Source: Tubiluchus corallicola
Lineage: Eukaryota; Animalia; Priapulida
DNA: 64,000 bases
Direction: 5' to 3'
Assembly (NCBI GenBank): GCA_030141605.1
Contig: JAQGDQ010000324.1
Span: forward strand, 145,125-209,124
Under the pieces are notes generated by a model, which saw nothing but the letters and a program-made list of their open reading frames with translations, did no database searches and was not told the origin of the DNA. A program made the position numbers and the translations under genes. Shown piece by piece: positions 9,387 through 60,710 of the stretch; the stretch's first letter is position 1; each line of letters begins with the position of its first letter.

Positions 9387-12300
9387 AATTGACATTTTTC
9401 CCAAGATGTTTGTTTGCAACAAAAAGTGACAAAAAATGACTTGTTTCATCCGTGAAACCGTGTGCAGTCAAGAGCTGAGAAAATAAGTCAGAGGAATATG
9501 CAAAATGTAAGCAGCACTTCTTTCAAGTACTATAGACAGTACACTTAACAGAGAAACTGTTATGTTAAAAATGATAATGAAAATAAAGAAATATTTTTAA
9601 TTATTGAAACTTGCTGTTATACTTTCGATTTATATTTCAGACATTCTTTAAATTTAAAAATTAAGTTTTCCCTTTTAAGGTCGAATATTTTCTTCAAAAT
9701 GCTCTCAATTGTAACTGGCCTCGTTTATCGCCACCAAGTTTGTAATTGAGAGAACAAGTTAAAATGATGATGACGGTTTTAATAAGAAAACAAAAAAAAG
9801 AGAAGAACAAGGAATGCTGAAAAAGCAAAATGATGAACTTCAGGTGATGGTTGAAGATTACAAGTGTTATTTCAAAAAAGATTTAAATGTTTAAGCTAGG
9901 TACGGAGCTTGTTTTTGTGCAATGTGTTTCCGAGATATAAGCGCTGGAGCCCATCTAACTACTAGCAAATAGCGATTTGCGTGTAACAATGAAGAGCTAG
10001 CCACGAGAACACAAAATTATGTTTCTGTATTAATAATTCTTTCATGCCTTTCACGCAAAACATTCTTGAAAAAATAGCCTGTTCCCTTTCAATATTTTAA
10101 AAAATAGATTGCTTTAAGTTGCGGATTGGGTCCGGCTTTCTTTTAGTCCAAGTATGGCTACAGATTAACCCTTTCACTTCAGAAGACGGCACACTGCCCA
10201 CATTTTTCGTGTAAAAGACGGAAGGCGATAAACTGCCGCCAGAGCTCAGCACTATGCGCAGTCACTCAGGTCTGTTTATTTCACTGCTATGGCCATGAGA
10301 ACAAGTTAAAATGATGATGACGGTTTTAATAAGAAAACAAAAAAAAAGAGAAGAACTAGGGATGCTGAAAAAGCAAAATGATGAACTTCAGGTGATGGTT
10401 GAAGATTACAAGTGTTATTTCAAAAAAGATTTAAATGTCTAATATGTAAAAATGAGAATGATACTGCAGCACTTGTGACGAAATGTGGAATGATAGAAAA
10501 ATATTGTGAAACTACAAAATTTTAAATGGAAACACCATTAAATCTGAAGAGACAGATGATTAACAAGAAGTGATTAATTATATTAAACTAGCAATGGAGA
10601 TGAGAAAATGCAGAGGTTTTGAACTTACAATGCACAATGAAGACTAAGGAAAACACTTAAAAGAAGAAGTTTGTGAGAGATGCTTTGTAATTTTTTTTAA
10701 ATATTTAAAGGACTTAATAGTGCCTGCTAGTTTAACAGAGTCGGCATAGAGAAGACCATGACAGTTATAAGTGGTGGTGGCATCACTTTTCTGGACAAGC
10801 CATAAAATGTTCAATTATGTTGCAATAAGATTCAAACTGTGTTTATTTTAATCGGCCAATTGATGTATTTTGTGTGATTGTAAGATATTTTTATGTATTT
10901 GTCAATCCTGTGTTTTAAAGAATATCCATTTCTCATAGAAGAATTTTAATCATACTTTTAGCTGATAGCAAACTATAGGAAGTTCGTATCAATTCTTCTA
11001 TAGTGCTGTCGTAAAATTCTAAATTCGCTACCAAGGATCACATTTATTATTATGTTACCTAACATTCTGGGCTTCCTACTTGGATATTTCAAACAGCAAA
11101 ATGAGAGCTAAAGATGCAAGACACTCTCTGTAGGAAGCTAAAGGCCTTAAAATAACTTGCCAAGGGACTGAAAATTAGCATTGTTCAATTGTGAGGTCAT
11201 CAAATTCAAATGTCATTCTTAATTTGTTAACTGAAGGAAGGGTACGAGCTGGACTAGTGAGAAATGGATCGTAAGTAACATTACCTGTCAGCTTTACTAT
11301 ATTTATTATTATCTACCTAGTCTAGTCTACTTTTCTATTAATTTTGCTAACCTTAACTTTGTTACTTGTACACTCATAGAACCACAAGTTATAGTTTCAC
11401 AGCTACTTTCAGAAAGAGTTTTCACTTTTCACTTTGCAGGACCTAGATCTCCCAGTGGTTCCAGAAGCAGGCGTTCCAGGGGAAGACAGAGGTCAACAGA
11501 AAGACGTCGCCGTAGTCGAAGTGGCAGATCAAGAGCTAGAAGATCCCAAAGTCGTGGAAGAAGCAAGAGTAGAGCTCGCAGGACTAAACCAGATGAGATC
11601 AAAAAGGCATATCCACCACACCATGCCCCACCTGGTTGCAATATATTGTAGAAATGATTGAAGGAGAGGTGCCTAAATCCTGTCGTAACACTTTGTAATA
11701 AAATCCTATCTGCAAAAATTGGAAATAATTGCAAATTGACATTTTTCCCAAGATGTTTGTTTGCAACAAAAAGTGACAAAAAATGACTTGTTTCATCCAT
11801 GAAACTGTGTACAGTCAAGAGCTGAGAAAATAAGTCAGAGGTATATGCAAAATGTAAGCAGCACTTCTTTCAAGTACTATAGACAGTACACTTAACAGAG
11901 AAACTCCGTGATGCTCATCAAGATGTACAAATGATAATGAAAATAAAGAAATATTTTTAATTATTGAAACTTGCTGTTATACTTTCGATTTATATTTCAG
12001 ACATTCTTTAAATTTAAAAATTAAGTTTTCCCTTTAAAGGTCCAATATTTTCTTCAAAATACTCTGAATTGTATTTGACCTCGTTTATCACCACCAAGTG
12101 GGTAATTGAGAGAACAAGTTAAAATGATGATGACGGTTTTAATAAGAAAACAAAAAAAAGAGAAGAACAAGGAATGTTGAAAAAGCAAAATGATGAACTT
12201 CAGGTGATGGTTGAAGATTACAAGTGTTATTTCAAAAAAGATTTAAATGTCTAAGCTAGGTACGGAGCTTGTTTTTATGCAATGTGTTTCCGAGATATAA

Positions 12301-13497
12301 GCGCTGGAGCCCATCTAACTACTAGCAAATAGCGATTTGCGTGTAACAATGAAGAGCTAGCCATGAGAACACAAAATTATGTTTCTGTATTAATAATTCT
12401 TTCATGCCTTTCATGCAAAACATTCTTGAAAAAATAGCCTGTTCCCTTTTAATATTTTAAAAAATAGATTGCTTTAAGTTGCGGATTGGGTCAGGCTTTC
12501 TTTTAGTCCAAGTATGGCTACAGATTAACCCTTTCACTTCAGAAGACGGCACACTGCCCACATTTTTCGTGTAAAAGACGGAAGGCGGTAAACTGCCACC
12601 AGAGCTCAGCACTATGCGCAGTCACTCGGGTCTGTTTATTTCACTGCTATGGGCATGAGAACAAGTTAAAATGATGATGACGGTTTTAATAAGAAAACAA
12701 AAAAAAGAGAAGAACTAGGGATGTTGAAAAAGCAAAATGATGAACTTCAGGTGATGGTTAAAGATTACAAGTGTTATTTCAAAAAAGATTTAAATGTCTA
12801 ATATGTAAAAATGAGAATGATACTGCAGCACATGTGATGAAATGTGGAATGATAGAAAAATATTGTCCAACTACAAAATTTTAAATGGAAACACCATTAA
12901 ATCTGAAGAGACAGATGATTAACAAGAAGTGATTAATTATATTAAACTAGCAATGGAGATGAGAAAATGAAGAGGTTTTGAACTTACAATGCACAATGAA
13001 GACTAAGGAAAAAACTTAAAAGAAGAAGTTTGTGAGTGATGCCTTGTAATTTTTTTAAATATTTAAACGACTTAATAGTGCCTGCTAGTTTAACAGAGTC
13101 GGCATAGAGAAGACCATGACAGTTATAAGTGGTGGTGGCATCACTTTTCTGGACAAGCCATAAAACTACTAGCAAATAGTGATTTGCGTGTAACAATGAA
13201 GAACTAGCCACGAGAACACAAAATTATGTTTCTGTATTAATAATTCTTTCACGCCTTTCATGCAAAACATTCTTGAAAAAATAGCCTGTTTCCTTTCAAT
13301 ATTTTAAAAAATAGATTGCTTTAAGTTGCGGATTGGGTCCGGCTTTCTTTTAGTATGGCTGCAGATTAACCCTTTCACTTCAGAAGACGGCACACTGCCC
13401 ACATTTTTCGTGTAAAAGACGGAAGGCGGTAAATTGCCGCCCGAGCTCAGCACTATGCGCAGTCACTCGGGTCTGTTTATTTCACTGCTATGGCCAT
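9387..13497. repeat. Second segmental duplication block
   Basis: 9387-10805 matches 11735-13165, and 13166-13497 matches 9958-10296. It includes an orphan copy of the copy-4 3' UTR. Separately, 7795-8028 matches 14002-14243. Confidence 0.85.
11264..11651 (+). CDS. Arg/Ser-rich protamine-like CaaX protein (copy 4, 72 aa); join(11264..11270,11440..11651)
   Basis: ATGGATC|gtaagt ... ttgcag|GACC. Product MDRPRSPSGSRSRRSRGRQRSTERRRRSRSGRSRARRSQSRGRSKSRARRTKPDEIKKAYPPHHAPPGCNIL*. AATAAA at 11942. Confidence 0.85.
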
Positions 13498-14653
13498 GTA
13501 AGAACATTGTGGAAAAGTTTAACAGCTACCGAATTAAGGTTGCTTTACAACAAGTAAGTTAAGCAGCTAATCAGTGTCTGAGGCCAGGTGTATTTCACAA
13601 TAGTGTACGGCATGGTAATATCCTTACACAAAATCACTTGTTGATGGTTGGTGAAACGTATGTTTAGTGGTTTGTTCTGTATTTCTTATAAAATTATTGC
13701 ATAATATGGATTAGTATTACGACTTCGGTGAAAATTGGTTTCTAAATATAAGTACGTGTTTATCTGTGAAGGTGTGCACGTGCGTGAGTGCATACAAGTG
13801 TGCACGCATGTGTGCACACGTGTATAAACAAAATTAATATTCAATATTAATGTTTAATAACAGACGACGATTTGTTTATATACAAGATTCTGTTTTAGTA
13901 ACGCACCACAAGATGTTATTGTCAAATGTGAAAATGCTATATGCTGCAGTTAAAAAGCAACTATGCAGCGAAATGGTTAAAAGAAGGATAAGATGATTAC
14001 TGACTGGGAAGTTGAGCTATGAGAACGCTTTTTATATCATCATTCTAAATACGGCGCAATGCAAGTTAACTTATTGGAAAAATCAAGGTTCCCACAAGGT
14101 TGGGCTTATTCTAATGTACGGGGAAAATTGTTGAGAGTTTCAGCAATAAAAGTCCGATAAGCAACTTGTGTTTTTAATCACTTTAAAATCGCCTTCATTT
14201 CGTACCTGAGCGTAATATTGTTGAACGAGTAATGACAGTGCGTGGTCAGAAAACGGAAAGCCGTGCAAGGTCAACGATGTAAAGGCATAACAAATTTTAC
14301 AAAAAATTAAACAGATTTTTGACATTTCTTTAGCAGCCTGGAATTTATTCAGCATGACGGAAGAAAGACTATAACTTTCTTTTGCATTTAAAAAAATTTC
14401 AATGCCTTGAAGTCTTGAATAATATACTTCTAAAAGTCTTTAATGACATACTAGAAGTTTGGAGTGTGCATGGTTAGTATACACACCGAGAGAAGGCCTT
14501 TAAATGTATACCAAGTGGAGAAGTTGTAATCTACCACACAGGGGGAGGTGGAAGGCACCTCCTCTAAAGTATAATTCGTTTAGATAGCTGGAATAATCAT
14601 TGCTTAATCAAATACTAAAACCTGTAGTCAAATTCGTAATTATAAATACTCAC

Positions 14654-53480
<38,827 letters not shown>

Positions 53481-55948
53481 TAGCAACCCTGCTAACAAAA
53501 TAAGAACTAAAATTAACGGCTAATAATGATTCAAGGTTAAGTGAACATAAATAACTTAATTAGCAGTTTGTTTCTAATTAACATTTAAATTCAAGAGTAA
53601 ACAGAATGAATTGGAAATCATCTCAATAGTAGCAACCACTGAATCCTTGGTCTGAAAAACACTAAATATCAGGCTTAACATATAACATATGCAGTTATAT
53701 TGAAGACCATATAAAATTACTTAACACTAAATTTTACATTACTTAAATTAAAATTAAAAAATCGATTCACACCCTTCACAGCCTTTCTTTGCTTTTCTAC
53801 TTTCAAACTATGTCAAAGCTTACAAAATTATACCACAAAAATTTTCCTCCTCCAAAACATACTTATGTAGTCATTGGTTATAAATAAAACACCATAGTCA
53901 CAAAAAATTAGATAGGCCCGAGTTAGCTCACAAGGCTGATATACATACTAGAACTAGAACAAACGGAAAATCATCGTTTTGTTGGAAAAATCATTAGATT
54001 GGCATTAATTGAGTATATATAATGAAATGTTAAGTAATAATCCAATAGCGCAGATAAAACAGACCTTCGGTTCATATCCACTAGATTTGTGTTAGACAAC
54101 AATAAAGATGGACCACTGCCTATGAATCATAGGCCTTCATGTTACAAATGTTACCAGCATTTCAGTAATTTCATTTCATCATTCAACAATTCAGAATTAC
54201 TGACAGCGATGACTGCACAATATTTTCCTTTTATTTGCAAGTCGCTCTTAATAAAAAAAAGTTCATGAAATGTCTTTTCGTCAGCGAAACTGTTCTTGCT
54301 ATTTGAGGGTTTTAGACTTACATCTGTTAATGTGAAAATAACCGAGAAAACATTGATGACCTTACTTCACTCTCAGCCAGTGTAACAGGATTTCAGCGCA
54401 TATATTCCATGATTTGCTAGCAAATTTCATTCTTTTTTAGATGTTGGAGAACAGAAATTGCAATGGTCAGAGTTATTCCCTCAATTTTTGGTAGTGTAGT
54501 TTATGTAAACTTCTCATGGTTTAAATTTTAGTTGCAAGTCTGTTCCTTTAGAACCGTTGTTATCCATTTTTCTTTTTGTACGTTGTGCAAGAGTGTTGTA
54601 ATAAGGCTAATGTTGAGTTCTTTTTTAGACTTATTCACTAACGTGATTTGTACTGGTTGCGCTAAACATATACAAATAAATGGTAAATAAATAATTCACT
54701 TGTCATTAGTCTTTTTCAGAAGTTTGTACTAGACTTCAAAATAAACATCTATAATGCATCATCAATAAACATCATCAAACATTAATAAAGTTTCTTCGTT
54801 TTGACATGTTTTTCCTGTACAGTTTTACTGCATCGCACAGGTAATAATGAATAAAGAACAATAGTAATCGGGCGAGCAGGTATGTGTTCTCAGCAAGGAA
54901 AATGCAAACACACTCTCGAATTTTCAAGTAGTTCGGGACCAAACGACAACAAAAGACGAATTTGCAATCAAAAACAAATAGGTCTATAACTAGTCAAGGC
55001 ATGTGTACAGTACAATTTGCTTGGCAATCTTGCAATCTATTTCATTCTTTTGAATTTACATTCTGCATATTATTATCATTACACAAATACAATTGCAGCC
55101 TCACATAGCTACCAACACACGAACTCTAGGAGTACCGATTTATTTTCTATCACTTATTTGCAGAACTGAATAAGTAAACAAATCACCTTTTATAAAACAT
55201 CTCACCTTAAAACCCCAAAGATAAGGTCAATAGCAGCTACTAGTATGCACTGTTATTATTTCAGCAATAAGTTGAAGATGGGTATTTGCTATCAAAACCC
55301 GCACGTGTTGACCCAGTTTGGCCGCATACTTTCTGAGCAAATTTCTGTAAACATTAACAATGGCGGGCAGAGATTTTGAAGGAGATTTGCTGGCAAATAT
55401 CAAGATCTCCGTACTTCCTGTTTAAATGTATGTTTAACATCCATTGTCCATTGGACTGGTGGCACATTACTGCGAGGAATGTACACAAATTAAACAATTT
55501 CAGCAGTGAGTCATGGAGCTAAGTGTCCCAAGCACACGGGAAAACAATTTACAGTATGAGAATATTCTAAAATTCTAGATTTGAACCCAAATAAAAAACA
55601 CAAAGAAAAATGAATAATTAACTAATATTTAAAATGTGAGAGAAGCAGGCTTGAGATAGTTAAAAATACTGAGGTATTTGTTTCGCACTATGCCACCATC
55701 ATGTTTACCAACATCAGTTCTTGACAAGACGACTGAGGCCAGATGTTGCATTACAAGTCTACAGAGAAAAAAGCTTAAATCTAGGTTGACTGCTTGTATA
55801 AAAATTAACACACTGGAAAAAACAAAATGAAAATGTGATGTCCTTAGAATAGAAAGTGATTTGCTGCAATTTACACTGCACGAAAGAAGTACATCTGCAG
55901 AAAATTGGATAACTTTATTATCCAAGACGTTGAACTTAAGAACATTAA

Positions 55949-56523
55949 AGCAAAACCATGCCCAACCTTAAACTGCAGGTCAAAACAATCTACTCTTTAA
56001 AATATTGAAAAGAAACATACTATTTTTTCAAAAATGACTTACATGAAAGAATTATTTCCACACAAACCCAATTACACCACTAGTTTTTTGCTGCTACATG
56101 CATTTCGCAATTTGTTAGTTAGACAGGCACTAGTGATTGCATTAAATTGGAAACACATTGCACAACAAACACCTGCTGTAACTCTCAGTTCAAATGTGTT
56201 AGTTTGCGACAAACTACACACGTTCGTCAACTAATGCGTGAGCACAGCCGTAAATTTGAAATTTTAATTTTTATCTTAAAACTTGCCCAGTTTTAGTACA
56301 ACACACAAAATATCTTACAGCAGCACTGCACTTCAATTTTCGCTTTCACAACACGTACAACATGCTCATGGAATATTTTTGCTGTGAAAATTGTGTTCGT
56401 TTGTGCTCGCCTGCTGTTAATTAAGTTTATGACCTATTTTTTAATTATCAGAAGCACTTTTGCAGTATTAATTGAGTTAAAATGTATGCTTTTTATTGGA
56501 CTTGAAAATCATCCCATCTTCCT
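55949..56523. mobile_element. TTAA-flanked MITE, inverted relative of 44218-44827
   Basis: ttaa|AGCAAAACC ... AAAATCATCCCATCTTCCT|ttaa. Confidence 0.7.
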
Positions 56524-59500
56524 TTAACAATGCTCAAAAACTAACATTGTGACTGAAATAGATAGTAACAGGCTATGAGATTATTAGGCTTGTTATGTTA
56601 CAAGTAGTGTACCACCTACATAAATAGAACACCATGATGAAAAGACTTTTAGAGTAAATTTTGGCCGCCTTCTTTTTCTGATTCTTATGGCTCATTTCTA
56701 ATAAGAGTTTGATAGTTTCGTAAAACCGATTAAACATAACAGCCACGACTACATATAAGTGCACCATACACTTAAGAGATAAATTTGTTGGCAATGTTAC
56801 TGTTTTGTGCCTGATGCATAACTCAGTTGACCAGAATGGATAACTTCATCCCATAGAGGTGTTTTTATCCTTACAGTCTGAGAAAGCTTAAGGTAGTATA
56901 CAATATCTATATAAAAAAATTATTTTATTATACGTATGACTACAGTGCTAGGTCTATGCCCATTGATATGAACTTGTTATACTTTGACGTGATACATAGA
57001 AGATGTGCATTTAGTCTTATAAATAGAACTTTAAATTATTTAATTTGTAAGGCAACATTACAGGGTGATATAGTATATACATCCATTACATGAAATTACT
57101 GGCGCACCTTACTGTACACGAATGTTTAATTTAATCAGTTCAGTACTGCGAGTCTCAGCCCACACTTCGCATTCTAATATTGTATAGCAGTGTAACTTTG
57201 TAAGTGTGTGTGTGTCATTTAGTTGTTATCTATAGATCTTTTAACCACATTTTGAATACGAACTAAATATTTGAATAAATGATGAATCAATCAATTAATC
57301 AATTAAAGGCCTAATTGTCCACAATTGGGGACCAGTCCCAAGGATGTTGAACTGGCTGATTATTGCTTATTCACAGTTCAATATGATTTATAACTGCAAA
57401 AACTAGTAAAATGTGGCTTAATAAAAGATCACTCATAGTCATATCATATTCACATAACAATTGCTAACTAGACGAAATAAAAATGGAGATTTGGATCTGG
57501 TGATGGTAAATTTGATTGCTCGGAGAGCCTTGAAGAAATAACAGTGAAATTGGACCGGATTTCAGCAAAGTGGCTGATTTTTGAACTGAATTAAACAGAC
57601 CGTACAGATGTGCCACAGTACAGTTACGGGGTCTAACATCAGTTTCCTGCTAAACTCAAAAGCGGGATCATCACTCGGTATCTTCAGTTCATTGGACAAG
57701 CAACAGAATGACCTTATTCTCATTATGCTCCTGTCACAGGTCTACAAAACTGAATCGCGATCAACCAAGGCTGAAAAAGCCAGATTTACACTGAGCACTG
57801 CTTACATGAATTACAATGTTTAATGAATTAAATAATATTCTCACAGAGAATTCATTAAAAATTAAACTTACAGCTCTAAATATAGATGTATTATGACTAC
57901 AGCCGTTCATACTTTCGTACACGATTCTCATTTCAGTAATTTCTACACAAACTCAAAATAATCAAGCTTTTACAACGCGGATCATTTACCTCTCCCTGTC
58001 GCCCTCTTGTGTGTATTTCTTAAAGAATTTTCGGTGTCGTCGTTACTCTTGACTGGTCATAGTAGCAGCAGCAGACAGCGTGAATTATGGAATCATAGGC
58101 ATTAGCCTCATTGAATTATTATACAATCCATTTTTCACAAAGTTTAATTACTGGCGTGATAACAGTACGCAATAATTATTGATTTTTGCACGGTTGCAGC
58201 TTACTTTTGCTAGCTGCAGGGCATACAGACTAGTCTTCTTCAGCTTGTTTTTAAAATTTTGAGACAGAATTTTTACACTACAAAACCTATGCCATTAAAC
58301 ATTCTCATTGTAGAGAGCTAGGTAAAAGTTTCAGAGAAATCGCAGTAAAAAAGCATAAACATGAATTATCTAATTACTACTACTACTGTTGTTTAATAAA
58401 CTCACGAAAAACATTACTTCCAATACAATAACTTTTTATTTAAAACATGAATAATGTTATAATAACCACAAAAGACAAAAATCAGAAACTTAATAAGCCA
58501 GAAACATGAATAACGTTATAAAAGGTGCAGTCTGTACATGTAATGATACAGCATAGTGTCAGAAACATGTTTAAAACAGAGCACATTATTAATAAACTAG
58601 TTAAGCACCGCTAAAGAAGCAACTTGACAGAAGTATTATTATTGTTTATTTCATTGTAATTAATCGACAGAATCTTTACTTGCAGTGAGAAACACTTTAG
58701 TATGGATATTTAAAGAGAAACTCTTTATTTAACATGCATATATGTAGGCCTTTAAAATTTATGATACTGCAATTAAGAAAATTTTAGCAACAGAACCTCT
58801 TTAACTAGGTTATTTCACTACAGTTTAGTTTACTTTAATAAGCAGCAGGCTTTATCAAGTCTAAAATACAGAAACAATTTTATTTCTATTAGACTCCATT
58901 TCATTAAGCTGTAGACTGTATCAGACTCAAAGCTTATTTAATTTAATATTCAATAACTTAAATTAATTCAGATTTATTAAGTAATTTTAAATGGTTTTGT
59001 CATCAAAACAACTAAAATTAGTTTATATTGCTCACAGTTCATTTAATTTGAATCAATCGTGTCAGCAGTGCTAATACATTATACACATTTAACCAATAAA
59101 TCAGTAAAATAAGTAAGCATAATTATTTAATTAACAAATAACTAATAACAATTGGCGAAATCAATAATAAGTGCATCATTGAAATATGAGACGAAAATAC
59201 ATAAATTTCCTACTGACACACGCAAATGCAATCTTAATAACGAAGATGTTATCTTTCTCACTATTTTTTTACACCACTGCAAAGTGCAAACTGTTAGTCT
59301 ACTGAATACAGTTGTTTTGACATACAATTGACTGTTTAACACATAAACAAATTAAAATCTACGTAACAAAATATACATAATAGATAGTCAATTATTAGAA
59401 TATTTGAGTAAAACCAACAACAGTCTGTATTTTTTATCCTACACTCTAGTAACAACAAAACATAATTTGATAATTCTATTTGAAGGCCATCAGTAGAACA

Positions 59501-60594
59501 CGCAGCTACTTCTACAGTGACAGGTGTCTATTTACATAGAACTATGCAATGCTTCATATTGAAAATATCAACACTCGTCTTGAATCATAAAGTACTAGAT
59601 CAACTTAACACAATACAACTAAAATGAATTGTGTGCTCCCATAACAAAATCATCCATAAGTCGGCAATTAAGTTTTTCTAGTTATTCACATATCCTGGAT
59701 CATTTTGATACCAAGTTCATCGCTTTATGTTATTTCTAAGTTCAGATAATCAACATTGAAGTTGAGAAGCAGGCTGCACACTGAAAAACATAAGCTTGAG
59801 AAAATTGCTGCTAAAGTCAGCCATTATTTTTTGTCGGGTCTCTGGAAAACACTTAGCAACCGTACGAAAGTGTGCTTGCTATGGACTTTACAAGAGCACA
59901 TTGAAGTTATGTTTAAATCCAGTAGGTGGATCTTTTTGACGAAGACCTGGTCTTGTCAATAGAAAAAACCAGAAGCAAAATGACTGCTTCCACGAACTAC
60001 TATCAGAGTTTGAGAACACAAGTTTTTTACAATTGCAGTCAAGTTTCTACTCAGAAAAGTTGAGTACGGGGTCATAAAATTACAGTTTTAGTATTTTTGG
60101 ACATTTTCTTGATAATTTGATGCTAGAATATAAAAGTCCAATATATTTAGCATTAGTTTTTACAAAAAACAAGAAATTGACATTTTACCAAATTTTGAGT
60201 GTATTCTACTTTGAAGTATCATATGGTAGTTTTAACTACGCCGACTTACGGATAGTTTTGTTTTGCAAGCACACAATTAATGCTGCTACTGTAGTACTGC
60301 GTGTTGTGGAAATGGCACATTATGCTTATTAGCTCGTTAGCAATGCATGTATTCAGGGCTCTACTGAAGATGTTAAGTACATCTGAATGATATTATCTGT
60401 ACTAAAATACTTGCAAAAAATCAGATCTTTCAAATGGAATGATTATTGAAACCAGTACAAAAGCTACCCATCTAGCAAACACTTAACGACTCGCACACTC
60501 TTTCTTTTTCTTCCTGTCACTCACTCACACTCTCTCACCCTTCACTGTTTTTCTTTGTCACACATATGCACACACAGATTTACCCGTTCATGCA

Positions 60595-60599
60595 TGCAT

Positions 60600-60672
<73 letters not shown>

Positions 60673-60710
60673 TCCTCACACACACCCTCTCACATTCTCT
60701 CTCTCTCTCC
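60595..60710. repeat. (GCAC)n(CA)n(CT)n microsatellite
   Basis: Directly visible. Confidence 0.92.

Noticed and set aside
13700-14440. Candidate formin terminal exons at AGs near 14430, 14338 and 13742
   Set aside because: Translations (KYIIQ..., AAKEM..., KPIFT...) do not resemble the FMN C-terminal motif and the acceptors are weak.
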